Made by a program: the position numbers and the translations under genes
Notes under the pieces: model-generated
Seen by the model: only the letters and a program-made list of their open reading frames with translations
Database searches by the model: none
What the model was told of the DNA's origin: nothing
Source of the DNA: an uncultured virus (IMG/VR IMGVR_UViG_3300050188_000002)
Taxonomy: Duplodnaviria; Heunggongvirae; Uroviricota; Caudoviricetes
DNA length: 64,000 nt
IMG/VR virus record: IMGVR_UViG_3300050188_000002
Direction: 5' to 3' (one strand)
Shown: one piece after another, positions 27,257 to 38,321 of the stretch
Layout: each line of letters opens with the position of its first letter
How positions within the stretch are numbered: the stretch's first letter is position 1

Positions 27257-30200
27257 ATGCCACTAAACGATAATACCTTATCTCAGATCCCACCATACGT
27301 TAACGATTACCCACATGCGTTAGATTCTGGATATCACGGTATTCTATTTAAACCATCGTTTCCAGTTCAAGCTAGAGAGCTAACCCAGCTACAGTACATT
27401 CTTCAAAGTCAAGTTGAGAGAGTCGCCTCTACCCTTTACAAAAACGGTTCCATTGTAAAGGGAGGATCTTCTTTCTCTTTGGTTGACGTTATTGTCAACG
27501 ACTCAACTTACGCAGCTACCAATAACACAAACTTAGATAATTTTGTGTCAACCGATGTTGATGGTAATATCACTGGAAGTCGCAAAGTCATTGACACTGG
27601 TAGCGACACAACATCTGCGTCGCCAGCTTGGAACTCTTCGTTAACATATCCTACAATTGGAACCAAAGTAACATATAACGGTTCTACTTATGAAAACATT
27701 AAGCAAGTCCTAGTTCCATCAATAACTCCACCCTCTACTGACCTAGTAAATTGGAAACTAGCAATTATATCGGCTCAATTTGCCGTAAAACTTGTAGAAG
27801 TAAATAATGGGCAGGATTATGTGTTTGCTTCCAATTCTCGTACTGGTCTTAAGATTGACGGAACATCTAAGACTAAACTCCTAGTAAATGATACATTCAA
27901 AGTAGATGACGTTTCCCTTCCAACTTATGTTGGTAAAGTTGTTTCTATAAACAATAAACAAGCAATTGCAATTCATATAGATGATACGACATTCTTTTAT
28001 GATGGTTATCTTATTTCGTCTAAACCGTCAACAATAGTTCTCAGAACCAACAACTCTGATGGTAGTCTAAATTTTGATTGGAACTTGCAAACCTGTAAGG
28101 TTGGTGTTATTATCGATAAACAGATAGTAACTGTCAATGAAGATGAAACTCTATCAGATCCTGCTCGTGGGTCAAATAACTACGGTGCCCCTGGTGCTGA
28201 TAGACTTCAAATCACAGCGACTCTAGTACAACTTCCTTGGGACCCAAATTCGACAGATACCCCGTCTGGAAACTTCATTGAATTGATTCGTCTAAACAAT
28301 GGGGTCGTAATCGGTCAAAAGGACCCTAACGCAAATGGTCCTATATTAGATTTGATGGCCAGCCGCATGTATGATCAGTCTGGTTCATTCACAGTTGATC
28401 CATTCGCTTTAAAAATTGATTCTGATATATCTGATCATACCATGTTTGAGGCTATTCTTGAGCCTGGTGACGCGTACCACTATGGGTACCAGAAGCAAAC
28501 AATAGCATCAACTACACTATTTGCATCCAAAGCAAGAAGTACAACAACTTTCTCCAATGCAGAGGCAGATTGTCGAGCTGGATCAAGATTAAATGTCACA
28601 CTAGCTAGTCCAACCACACAAATAGACTTTAATAAGCATCGTAAGGTTTACTTACAGAACGCATCAAACCAAACAATTGGAGCAGCATTTATTAAGGACT
28701 TTGTATATAGAGAATACCTACCAACTCCTGCCGTAAATCTATACTACCTATACCTATACGACGTTGATGTTTCTGCTGGTTACCAATTCAGCCAAGTAAG
28801 ATATATCAATATTTCAACTGATAATGGTACAGTTGAAACAAACGTCGGTGTTGGAGTTAGATTTGCTGATATTGAATCAACTACCGGCATTGCTCCAAGT
28901 GGGGCTACGATATTATTTGATGCCGACTTGAATACCCTAGTATTCCCAGTATCATCAACTCCAATGGTACCCGGTAGTTTAAAGGAATCTACATTCCAAT
29001 TCAATGAATCATTTACTGGTGTTATACCGACAGTATCTGGGACTCTCGCTTTATCTGTTGATACTGCCGCAACAGATACGTTCTACCCATTCGTAGGAAA
29101 TGATCTAACATCAAATTCTGAAATCATAGAACATTACATTATCATAAACGAAATAACTGGTGCTGTAATCAATAGCAATTTAACGGTATCGTCTTCTAGT
29201 ACAAACAGATGGCAGAGTGTGGAAATTTCTGTTACTGGAGGGTTCCCTTTAGGAAATACTTTCACTGTAATGTCAACAATGAAGAGAGAATTGGCTTCTG
29301 GTCCTAATCGTCAAAAGACCCTTCGGTTGAATTGTATGATTGGTAATGTATCATCTGTTGCAACGGAGCGCAATTTTAGATTGCCGATTGTAAATAATAC
29401 AGTTCAACTTAACGTTCCTGATGTATATATATTAAGAAAAGTTTCCATTATCAAGGACGCAGCCGGAACTGCTGGTGACGATGTGACTTCTCTATTCGTC
29501 CTTCATAATGGTCAAACAGACAACCGGTATGAATATGCACATCTCACACTTGATGCTTCTGCGTTCAGAAATAAGTACGGTTCTAGAACAATAACAGACG
29601 TGTTCGGTGGTTCTGGACTCAACGTGGTTCGTGTTTATGCTGACGTGTTTGAATGGACCCACGTTTACAATGGATCTCCTGCGCACGGTGGCGAATTCAC
29701 AGTAGATTCCTACAATTATGATTTATCAGTTGCGTCTGCCACAGCCGCTGCCGATAGAGCCGCTATGCCTGTCGCTACCCCAGTAACATCGGCGGCGTCT
29801 ACAAACGCTGACTATGAACTTATCAAAGAGTTCAATACAAATATATCTAATACTTCTCAAGTTCCTCTAACCCCAAATGAGTCACAGGCTTGGTTCTTCC
29901 AATATGATTTGGATTCTGTACCAACGTACGTTTCATCTGACGCAAGCAATAGCGCATTCCTAGGAACTGCTGTAGACTTCCGCGTTAGACAGTATGTTGT
30001 TCAGGACGTTGCGTGCAATAAGGCGTTTAATTCAACCGCGTCTAACGTGCCTGGAACGTTTGGTACTTCCGGAAGATACTCTCAGGCAGACGCAGCACAT
30101 GTAACTTATAATGATGGACCTGTAAATGAAACCCTACCAAATGATGCTGTTTGGTTCTTGACCCCAGGAGTCCCAAATGCGTTGGTTGATGTAACATTCG

Positions 30201-33121
30201 AATCTAACTATACACCAAATGCATTCGATACATTCGCAACTTGGGATTCTACATATGATGTTTACGTACCAAGAATTGACACGATAGTTCTAACCAAAGA
30301 TCAACAGTTCAGTGTAATACAAGGAGTTCCTGGTCTTCAACCAGTAAAGCCATCAATCCCAAGCGATTCTCTACCTCTGTACGACTTGCAGGTTCCTGCG
30401 TATACATTTGAACCAGTTTTGGAAAACGTTGTAGGACATTATTATGATAATCAGCGCATTACGATGAGTGACCTGCGCAAGTTTGATACTCGTTTGACTC
30501 GCCTTGAGCAAATAGTTTCTTTGAGCTTACTTGAACAAAAAATTAAAGATGTCCCAATGAGCGACATCAATGGAGATCCTGTTCTCAAAAACGGCATTCT
30601 CGCTGATAACTTCTCATCATTAGTTTTAGCTGATGCTCAAAACCCATACTATAAAGCATCGATCGATAGTGATGCTAAAGAATGCCGGCCTTCAACCAAG
30701 ATGGACAACGTAAGTCTAGTAATTGATGACACTCATATGAGTTTCTCCCAAGTTTCTGGAAAGAATTACAAGGTTTCTAATGGCGGAGTAGGTAACAATG
30801 GACTTGCTCTATGGGGTAATAGAGTTCTAACGATTAATCCTATTGGTGAGGAGGCTTTCGTTACTCAACCTTTCGCTTCTGATTTTATCAATGTCAACCC
30901 ATTCAATGTATTTAAATGGGAAGGCACTCTATCTCTTGCTCCTTCTACAGACAATTGGGCCGACACCAAACGAAAGATTGTTCTTGTAAATCAGCAGAGT
31001 ATCTATGATCTTGACCAGAACTTTAAATCATGGGGTCAAAAAATTCTCGGTCAAAACGATGCTAATGGGGATACGTTCAATGGTTATGACCCATCAACTG
31101 GTATCACATGGAACAATGTATACGATAAGACTACTACTTCACTAACAACTTCGTTTAAGAAAACTGGAACTAGAGTGGTTGGTTTTATAAAGAGAAGATC
31201 TACTTGGGGTAACGTAACAAATACTCCAATATCTGCTCCTACCGGTATCACTACAAATACTCTAACAACCACTCAGAAAATAGGTGGGTATGGAACATCA
31301 GTAGATGTTTCGTTGAATATGTATTGCAGAGCTAGAATAGTCGAACTTAGTGTTTCTGCATTGAAACCAAATACTCAACTATATGTGTTCATGGATTCAA
31401 CAAATGTAACATCTCTATGCACACAGAATAGTTCTACTATTCTAAGAACAGATAATACCGGGTTTGCAAAGATAACGTTCAACTTACCAGCAGCCACGTT
31501 CTACACCGGAGTAAGACTAATCAAGGTTATAGACTCTCCTGACGGCAAAGTATATGACGACACAACATACGCAACCGCAAGTTATTACGCTCAGGGTGTA
31601 ACTACTACTAAGACTGGGTATTTGATCCCAGATTACAAAAAGGTTACAAAGCAGATTATAACGTCAAGTAACTCTTCTGGTAGTAATGTTATTACCGGTG
31701 TGAATAATTCTGTTTCGGTATCAGATGGCATTGATCTTTCTACATTCGCCAACCAAGGCATTGACGCACAGGAAGCAAGTGTATGTTGGATGGACCCAAT
31801 TGCCCAGTCATTCTTGGTTCCTGCTGACCAGTACCCAAATGGTGTTGTATTATCTTCCATAGAAGTGTATTTTAAGTCTGTAGACTCCGTAATTCCAGTC
31901 ACAATGGAAATTAGACGCAGCGTTAACGGGTATCCTAACGCCGCTGGAGCTGTTCCATTCTCAACCAAGGTTCTATCTCCGTCGGTTGATTCTGTGTCTG
32001 TAAGTGATGATGCATCTGTTTCTACCGAGTTTAGATTTGACTATCCAGTAGCACTAACTCCAGGCGAATATCATATCGTACTCCGTTCTAATAGCGACTC
32101 ATATCATGTATGGACTTCCGTTGTAGGCAACTATAACATTAAGGATAACGTTCGTATCACTAATCAACCATACGGAGGAGTATTCTTCAAGTCATCCAAT
32201 AACACAACTTGGACTCCAGACCAGACTCGCGATTTGACTATGAAGATTAATAGATTCGTATATAATTCTGGGCCATCTACAACTGTAAGTTGTACATTCT
32301 TATCAGACATTCCCGAAACAACCGATCTTATGGACTTAATGTTCGTTAAGGCCCAGTATGTGACCCATGGTGCAAATAGTACCAATATTTCTTGGGATTA
32401 TCGCGGTACAAACGCTGTAAGCAAGGCGTATGATCAATCATATATACCATTCCAGCCAAACCAGACAATAGTAATGCCTACTAGAAAGGTTCTACTGCAA
32501 TCCAGTGAGATTGGTAATTTTGATGGCGATCCTGATACAGCAGACGGACGCGTATCAATAAGATCAACATTCATCACGTATGACGGCGCTGTAAGTCCGC
32601 AAATTGATTTGGAACAATTAAGCGTAACCGCTATTCAAAACGTCGTTAACAACTCCGTAATCGGTGAAAATCTATCTATTCCGGATCAATACAATGGGGC
32701 AATTGCACGATATATCACTAAGAGAGTTGATTTGACTTCCGGGTTTGAATGTGATTCACTTAGATTAGATCTAAGTGCAAACCTACAGGGCAATGGTAGA
32801 ATACATATCTTCTATAAGGCTCTAGGTGTTTCTGATAGTCGCCTATTCACTGAACTTCCATGGAATGAGATGGAACTAGATCTAAGTCAATCGTTCCAGA
32901 CCAACGTTGGGTCAGATATATTCTCTGACTATACATTCAAACCTGTAGAAGTGATTGGGTCTGGTGAAAGATTAATCACTTATAATACAGCAACGGATGT
33001 TCCTACTCTAAACGGATCATCAGGATTGATTAAGTCCTTCGCATTCAAGGTTGTATTTACGACTGATGAACCAGCCAAAGCCCCAAGAATTAAGAATCTA
33101 AGAGGCGTTGCAACCCTGTAA
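27257..33121 (+). CDS. Large baseplate/structural protein, DUF4815/VrlC-like
   Basis: PY.ND..YH.ILFKP.FPVQARELTQLQ, GSNNYGAPGADRL, DPIAQSF, PRIKNLRGVA. Confidence 0.85.
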   Translation: MPLNDNTLSQIPPYVNDYPHALDSGYHGILFKPSFPVQARELTQLQYILQSQVERVASTLYKNGSIVKGGSSFSLVDVIVNDSTYAATNNTNLDNFVSTDVDGNITGSRKVIDTGSDTTSASPAWNSSLTYPTIGTKVTYNGSTYENIKQVLVPSITPPSTDLVNWKLAIISAQFAVKLVEVNNGQDYVFASNSRTGLKIDGTSKTKLLVNDTFKVDDVSLPTYVGKVVSINNKQAIAIHIDDTTFFYDGYLISSKPSTIVLRTNNSDGSLNFDWNLQTCKVGVIIDKQIVTVNEDETLSDPARGSNNYGAPGADRLQITATLVQLPWDPNSTDTPSGNFIELIRLNNGVVIGQKDPNANGPILDLMASRMYDQSGSFTVDPFALKIDSDISDHTMFEAILEPGDAYHYGYQKQTIASTTLFASKARSTTTFSNAEADCRAGSRLNVTLASPTTQIDFNKHRKVYLQNASNQTIGAAFIKDFVYREYLPTPAVNLYYLYLYDVDVSAGYQFSQVRYINISTDNGTVETNVGVGVRFADIESTTGIAPSGATILFDADLNTLVFPVSSTPMVPGSLKESTFQFNESFTGVIPTVSGTLALSVDTAATDTFYPFVGNDLTSNSEIIEHYIIINEITGAVINSNLTVSSSSTNRWQSVEISVTGGFPLGNTFTVMSTMKRELASGPNRQKTLRLNCMIGNVSSVATERNFRLPIVNNTVQLNVPDVYILRKVSIIKDAAGTAGDDVTSLFVLHNGQTDNRYEYAHLTLDASAFRNKYGSRTITDVFGGSGLNVVRVYADVFEWTHVYNGSPAHGGEFTVDSYNYDLSVASATAAADRAAMPVATPVTSAASTNADYELIKEFNTNISNTSQVPLTPNESQAWFFQYDLDSVPTYVSSDASNSAFLGTAVDFRVRQYVVQDVACNKAFNSTASNVPGTFGTSGRYSQADAAHVTYNDGPVNETLPNDAVWFLTPGVPNALVDVTFESNYTPNAFDTFATWDSTYDVYVPRIDTIVLTKDQQFSVIQGVPGLQPVKPSIPSDSLPLYDLQVPAYTFEPVLENVVGHYYDNQRITMSDLRKFDTRLTRLEQIVSLSLLEQKIKDVPMSDINGDPVLKNGILADNFSSLVLADAQNPYYKASIDSDAKECRPSTKMDNVSLVIDDTHMSFSQVSGKNYKVSNGGVGNNGLALWGNRVLTINPIGEEAFVTQPFASDFINVNPFNVFKWEGTLSLAPSTDNWADTKRKIVLVNQQSIYDLDQNFKSWGQKILGQNDANGDTFNGYDPSTGITWNNVYDKTTTSLTTSFKKTGTRVVGFIKRRSTWGNVTNTPISAPTGITTNTLTTTQKIGGYGTSVDVSLNMYCRARIVELSVSALKPNTQLYVFMDSTNVTSLCTQNSSTILRTDNTGFAKITFNLPAATFYTGVRLIKVIDSPDGKVYDDTTYATASYYAQGVTTTKTGYLIPDYKKVTKQIITSSNSSGSNVITGVNNSVSVSDGIDLSTFANQGIDAQEASVCWMDPIAQSFLVPADQYPNGVVLSSIEVYFKSVDSVIPVTMEIRRSVNGYPNAAGAVPFSTKVLSPSVDSVSVSDDASVSTEFRFDYPVALTPGEYHIVLRSNSDSYHVWTSVVGNYNIKDNVRITNQPYGGVFFKSSNNTTWTPDQTRDLTMKINRFVYNSGPSTTVSCTFLSDIPETTDLMDLMFVKAQYVTHGANSTNISWDYRGTNAVSKAYDQSYIPFQPNQTIVMPTRKVLLQSSEIGNFDGDPDTADGRVSIRSTFITYDGAVSPQIDLEQLSVTAIQNVVNNSVIGENLSIPDQYNGAIARYITKRVDLTSGFECDSLRLDLSANLQGNGRIHIFYKALGVSDSRLFTELPWNEMELDLSQSFQTNVGSDIFSDYTFKPVEVIGSGERLITYNTATDVPTLNGSSGLIKSFAFKVVFTTDEPAKAPRIKNLRGVATL

Positions 33122-33132
33122 TAAATATAACT

Positions 33133-34839
33133 ATGATAACATCCACATTCGATACGATTTATGAAGCAACAAGAAACATTTCCGTTCTGATTGCTTCGGT
33201 TGGTAGATTTAACCCACTCCATAAAGGGCACGAGAAACTCGTAAAAGATTTCTTGGGGGTAAAAATTGGTCAAAATAACGTATCTGAGACAAAGAAGGTA
33301 TTTTTTGTTACTGATACCCATAATAACACTACTGACCCTCTAGTGTATGATGATAAAGTAAAGTATCTAAGTGTGGCTTTTCCTGAAGTATCTAAACTAA
33401 TCACTAAATCGTCTGGGCAGGTATTTAAGAGTGTTGGTGATGTTTGTGATGAATTCGCTACTGCTCATCCTAAAGATGATCTTTACTTGTTACTTTTTTA
33501 CGGACAGAATGTAAGCCAAGAACAAGACTTATCTAATTTCAAACATCCTAAGTTTAAGGTTCAAAAGATAGAAGTTCCAAGAACAGAATCCGATGAGTCT
33601 TCTACTCAGATGCGAGAATTTGCAAAAGAAGGCAAAGAAGAGGCATTTTTGGTAAATCTACCAGAAAAACTTGCTACTAATGCTGAAATTGCAAAGGAAT
33701 GCTATAATAAGGTTAGAGAAGGTTTAGGAATTAATAAACCAACGGAAGAAATTAAAGAGTCTACAATTCCTTCTTGGTTTAAGATGTTGAAGGAAGAAGT
33801 ATCAAATGCCCCAATGCTCAAGAAATTCTATTCTAGACGCAGTGGAATCCCTCATATTGAAGACTTGGTATGCAGTGGAATGTCGTCCGATATGATTACC
33901 CTTCTTAAAAGAGTATTAAATGGTAGTGATGTCCAAATCAAATATGATGGGCTACCTTCAATATTCTTTGGTAAGCACCCAGCAACAGGTCAATTCTTTG
34001 TTGCAACCAAGTCTATTATGAACGTTGTTCCCAAGGTGTTTTATTCTGAATCTGATATTATGAATCATTATGGCCAAGACGCGGATCAGCAGTTTATACA
34101 GAAAATGGTATATGCCCTAAGATATCTTCACCCATTGGTAGAAGACGGCATTTGGTGTGGTGATTATCTATGGTGTAAAAACATATCTGGGTCTTTAGTT
34201 GGAGGAGAATCAAATCAATTCATATTCCAGCCTAATTTAGTAAAGTATACCGTAATGCCTAACACGGAAGCATGGAAGGCCTTACAAATTTGTGATTTTG
34301 GCATAGCTATCCATTCGATGTACACCGGTGATGTTCTAGAATCTATTGTTCGTTCTGAACCAGACTTCAAGAAGTTGAATTTTGAAAACAGCAAAGTCTG
34401 GTCTCCGAATACAATTATTGACACAAAGTTGGCAGTACTAAATGACGTTGGAGTTCTAATTTCTGAATTGGAAAAATACATTAAGAAAAATTCAAAGTAC
34501 ATTGATTTATTTAATGAAATTGGCGATCCTGAATCAGTTAAAAGATTCATCATGGCCGGTCCTTCTGTAATTGATATTCAAGAATTTGAGAAATATGCCG
34601 GGTACGATGTTCCTGTAGAAGAGCTTGAGGTTTATAGACCGATATTCGCAATCATTTCGGATGTTATCAAAATTAAATCTCATCTCATAACCGCTCTTAA
34701 CAGATACCATACTACAATAGTACCAAGCATTGGCGATACATCAACCGGTGAAGGTTATATACTAAAACTTAGCAATGGAGATTTGGTGAAACTGGTTGAT
34801 AAAGAAGTATTTACAAAACAGAATAAAGAGCAGTTCTAA
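33133..34839 (+). CDS. HIGH-family nucleotidyltransferase fused to a KxDG ligase-like domain
   Basis: GRFNPLHKGH and SSTQMR in the N-terminal half; HIEDL, IKYDGLP, GEGYI and VKLVD in the C-terminal half. Confidence 0.7.
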   Translation: MITSTFDTIYEATRNISVLIASVGRFNPLHKGHEKLVKDFLGVKIGQNNVSETKKVFFVTDTHNNTTDPLVYDDKVKYLSVAFPEVSKLITKSSGQVFKSVGDVCDEFATAHPKDDLYLLLFYGQNVSQEQDLSNFKHPKFKVQKIEVPRTESDESSTQMREFAKEGKEEAFLVNLPEKLATNAEIAKECYNKVREGLGINKPTEEIKESTIPSWFKMLKEEVSNAPMLKKFYSRRSGIPHIEDLVCSGMSSDMITLLKRVLNGSDVQIKYDGLPSIFFGKHPATGQFFVATKSIMNVVPKVFYSESDIMNHYGQDADQQFIQKMVYALRYLHPLVEDGIWCGDYLWCKNISGSLVGGESNQFIFQPNLVKYTVMPNTEAWKALQICDFGIAIHSMYTGDVLESIVRSEPDFKKLNFENSKVWSPNTIIDTKLAVLNDVGVLISELEKYIKKNSKYIDLFNEIGDPESVKRFIMAGPSVIDIQEFEKYAGYDVPVEELEVYRPIFAIISDVIKIKSHLITALNRYHTTIVPSIGDTSTGEGYILKLSNGDLVKLVDKEVFTKQNKEQF

Positions 34840-34894
34840 AACGCGCATTGCATTTTTTTAGTTTTATGGTATATTCCTCTTTAAAGGAGGAAAT

Positions 34895-35128
34895 ATGACC
34901 AAGGATATAAACACCACAGTTAGTAATGACATTTTCTGGATTCTATCCAAATACTCTCCGGAAGAACAGAAAACCGTTCTAGAAGCCATCAGAGGTATCT
35001 CTGATGCCATTTATTTCGATTCTTATATCGAAGAGCCGGACCAACACGAAGTTCCTAGAAACTGCAATAACATCGATGAGATAAAGGAGTTAGATTATGA
35101 GCTCAGTGATACGCTCGGGACACTTTAA
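34895..35128 (+). CDS. Hypothetical protein
   Basis: AAGGAGG SD with an upstream sigma70 promoter. Confidence 0.6.
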   Translation: MTKDINTTVSNDIFWILSKYSPEEQKTVLEAIRGISDAIYFDSYIEEPDQHEVPRNCNNIDEIKELDYELSDTLGTL

Positions 35129-35405
35129 CGGCATAGGATACGAATTCACGAGACCTATAGATACCCCAAACTTCAAGGGGTTTTTATTTCAATTGACATT
35201 TAATTTTGGCTACGATATAATAGTTAATCTATTTTTATCAACAAAGGTTGATGGTAATAATAGAATGGTTTGTGAATGGACCGTTTTAGGGATCGAGACT
35301 GTTGACTCCAAATACAAAGACCATATACTAAGCATGTCGGATGTATTTGCAAAATGGATGGTCCAACAAATCATAAAACAAGCCTGCTCTCCTGAGGAAC
35401 ACTAA
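35097..35405 (+). CDS. Hypothetical protein
   Basis: AAGGAG SD; translationally coupled to the helicase. Confidence 0.6.
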   Translation: MSSVIRSGHFNGIGYEFTRPIDTPNFKGFLFQLTFNFGYDIIVNLFLSTKVDGNNRMVCEWTVLGIETVDSKYKDHILSMSDVFAKWMVQQIIKQACSPEEH

Positions 35406-36802
35406 TGAATCACTCGTTTGACATTGTAATTTTAACATCCATACTTACAAATAAGGAATTTAGAGATGCTGTAATTCATCATCTCAAGCCAGATTTCTTT
35501 AGTTCTGTTCCTTCCAAGGCTATATTTAAAGACATTGATGAATTTAATACCAAATATGGGGTTATGCCAAATTTGGATGCGTTAGAACATATCATTAATT
35601 CCAGAAAAGGAAACGCATATTCTAACAAGGCTGACGTAGACCAACTAGGAAGAATCAAAGAATACATCAAGTCTGGCGAAAATAAACACGATTTTAGATG
35701 GTTAATGGATGAGACCGAGAAGTTCTGTAAACATAATGCAGTCTTGAATGCATTAGAGAAATCGGCTGATTTGGTTGACAAGAATGATGGCAAAGTTAAT
35801 CTTGACGTCATTCCGGACCTACTCAAGGAAGCCGTTAATATATCATTTGATACCACGGTAGGACATGATTATTTCGAGGACGCTTCTTCCAGATGGCAGT
35901 ATTTAACACAAAAAGTCGAAAAGATGCCTACTGATCTATCGTGTATCAATTACATTACTAGAGGCGGATTCTCTAAAAGCGAATTGGTTTGTATAGCTGG
36001 TGGTACTGGAGTTGGCAAAACTTGGAGTCTTGCAGACCATTCTTGTGCATTCTTAAGAAAAGGTAAGAATGTATTATACGTCTCGTTGGAAATTGGCGAA
36101 AACGAATTCGCTGCTCGAGTAGATGCCAACATGTGCAATATTCGTACTGACGAGATTGAAAAGATGAGTGAGCCGGTATTCGTTGATATGGTTAAAAAGG
36201 CCAGAACAAAGTGCGGAACTGGCAAGTTATTCATTAAGCGGTATCCTTCAACGTTGTGTACAACTAAGACGTTAGACTCCTTAATGCAAGAGTTGTATCA
36301 CAAACAGGGTTTTAAACCTGATGTTGTGGTTGTAGATTATCTTGGCATCATGGGTTCTTATAGACTGAAGTCACAGGAATCCTCATACCAGTACTTGAAA
36401 TCTGTAAGTGAAGAACTTCGTTCTTTCGCCGTAAGCCATAACGTACTTGTATTAACAGCATGTCAATTAAACCGAGGAGGTATGGATAGTGCCCAACCAT
36501 CATCGAAAGATATCAGTGATAGTATTGGTGTTATGTTTACGTTCGACTTGGCGTACGTTGTAGTTCGCACAAATGAACTGGATATGGCTGGTCAGATGAA
36601 GGTTATTCAGTTAAAGAATAGAAATATGGATACCGCAAAGTTACCAGAATTTGTTATTGGGGCCAGTAGAGATTACCAGAGATTCTATGATGCACAAATG
36701 CCTCCTGTTGAGGGTTATGGAAATAGGACATCCACTCCTCCTGTTCCAGTAAAACCATTAACCTCAAATAAAAAGTTACAAACAGCAAAGTGGTCTTTCT
36801 GA
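35405..36802 (+). CDS. Replicative DnaB-like helicase, gp41-like
   Basis: FDTTVGHDY, AGGTGVGKT, SLE, VDYL, QLNR, QLKNR. Confidence 0.95.
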   Translation: MNHSFDIVILTSILTNKEFRDAVIHHLKPDFFSSVPSKAIFKDIDEFNTKYGVMPNLDALEHIINSRKGNAYSNKADVDQLGRIKEYIKSGENKHDFRWLMDETEKFCKHNAVLNALEKSADLVDKNDGKVNLDVIPDLLKEAVNISFDTTVGHDYFEDASSRWQYLTQKVEKMPTDLSCINYITRGGFSKSELVCIAGGTGVGKTWSLADHSCAFLRKGKNVLYVSLEIGENEFAARVDANMCNIRTDEIEKMSEPVFVDMVKKARTKCGTGKLFIKRYPSTLCTTKTLDSLMQELYHKQGFKPDVVVVDYLGIMGSYRLKSQESSYQYLKSVSEELRSFAVSHNVLVLTACQLNRGGMDSAQPSSKDISDSIGVMFTFDLAYVVVRTNELDMAGQMKVIQLKNRNMDTAKLPEFVIGASRDYQRFYDAQMPPVEGYGNRTSTPPVPVKPLTSNKKLQTAKWSF

Positions 36803-36854
36803 TTTGAAATTGTTTTTTAAATCAGTATAATAACCACAACCGAAAGGATTAATT

Positions 36855-37115
36855 ATGTCCAATGAAAATAAAAGTTATATGATCGTATCCGGATTATCAC
36901 ATCTCCAGTCTGAAAATGCTCCGGCAGTTCCGGATGTCTTAAAGTTAGTATATAAGAGCGGTGGTGCCCTAAAGTTTTCTGCTAACGGAAAGTCTTACAG
37001 CGTTCGTCGAGCATCGTCTGCGACCGGTGAAGATGTAACCGATGAACTACGTATCCAAATGTTTGACTTCTTCACCTTCGAAGGTGGAGCTTCTACTCTA
37101 AAAATTTCAGTATGA
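36855..37115 (+). CDS. Hypothetical protein
   Basis: SD and upstream promoter. Confidence 0.55.
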   Translation: MSNENKSYMIVSGLSHLQSENAPAVPDVLKLVYKSGGALKFSANGKSYSVRRASSATGEDVTDELRIQMFDFFTFEGGASTLKISV

Positions 37116-37975
37116 TTCTAATAGACACGTCTAATATTGCTGTGGCCGGCTTTATAATGATGTCTAATGATGGGTCTGAGGCTGTCACCTTGGGCAGTTT
37201 TAGACATAGAATTTTAAACTCCATTCGTAAGATCATTAAGTCTTATGGGTCAAAGTATGGTGCTGATGGTATATTTTTATGCATAGATTCGCCATCGTGG
37301 AGATATCACATATTTCCACAGTATAAAATACGAAGAAAGCTTCGTAAGGCTGCTGATGAATATGACTGGAAGTGGTATCAGGCCTCTCTGAATACTATTG
37401 TGGAAGAGTTGAAATCTAATCTGGGAGTAAACATCATATCTTCCAGAGGGGCTGAAACTGACGATATTATCGGAGTTGTGTGTAGGATTTATTCTTCTAC
37501 AACTAAAATTCTTATAGTAAGCAGAGATACCGATTTCTGTTCAACACACAACGAGAATATAAAGCAGTACGATCCTATTTCCGACAAGTACGTTGAATGT
37601 GACGATCCTAAGAGATACTTGTTTGAAAAGATTGTCAGAGGTGATTCCACCGACGATATCCCCAATATATTATCCCCTGTAGAAGTATTCATAACCGAAG
37701 GCGCAAGACAAAAGTCCGTATATCAGAAGAGTCTAGATGTATGGTATAATCAGCCTATAGAATCTTTCTGTACACCAGAAATGCTAGAACGGTTCAAGCT
37801 AAATCGAGCTCTAATAGACTTGACATTTACGCCAAAGCCTATACAATCAGAGATCGAACTAGCATTTGAGACCGAAAGACAACGTGTGTTGCCTACTCTA
37901 AACGATCTTAGAAAATATTCCATTAACAATCATTTACATAACATACTGGAGCAATTACATGATTTCCAATACTGA
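37112..37975 (+). CDS. rnh: T4-type RNase H / 5'-3' flap exonuclease
   Basis: MILID, SWR...YK..R, ETDD, S.D.DF, GDSTDDIPN. Confidence 0.9.
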   Translation: MILIDTSNIAVAGFIMMSNDGSEAVTLGSFRHRILNSIRKIIKSYGSKYGADGIFLCIDSPSWRYHIFPQYKIRRKLRKAADEYDWKWYQASLNTIVEELKSNLGVNIISSRGAETDDIIGVVCRIYSSTTKILIVSRDTDFCSTHNENIKQYDPISDKYVECDDPKRYLFEKIVRGDSTDDIPNILSPVEVFITEGARQKSVYQKSLDVWYNQPIESFCTPEMLERFKLNRALIDLTFTPKPIQSEIELAFETERQRVLPTLNDLRKYSINNHLHNILEQLHDFQY

Positions 37976-38321
37976 CGATTTTTATTCCGTACCCGATAAT
38001 TTCAGAACCATGCCTAGACTCCCAAAAGGGTGTACTCATTTTTTCTACGCCATTGACGCAGATGGGATATATAATGGGTTGGAATCCGTACTTGAAGCCA
38101 CTGACGGCATCGTTAAGATCAAACGTAGCTATCAAACCAGAGGGTTAAGCATCAACAAATCATTTTACGACGGTTTAAGTCTTGTTAAGATTTCTGAGAG
38201 TGACTATAATGCGGTTCTAGACCTAATGTTTGAGCGTCGACAGGTCCAAACATCTGAGTCAAAATCCAAAGTAGACATTCTTATTTCCAACTTGATCAAA
38301 CCACATGTCCGAATTTCTTGA
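37959..38321 (+). CDS. Hypothetical protein
   Basis: 120-aa ORF overlapping both neighbours in an operon. Confidence 0.5.
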   Translation: MISNTDDFYSVPDNFRTMPRLPKGCTHFFYAIDADGIYNGLESVLEATDGIVKIKRSYQTRGLSINKSFYDGLSLVKISESDYNAVLDLMFERRQVQTSESKSKVDILISNLIKPHVRIS

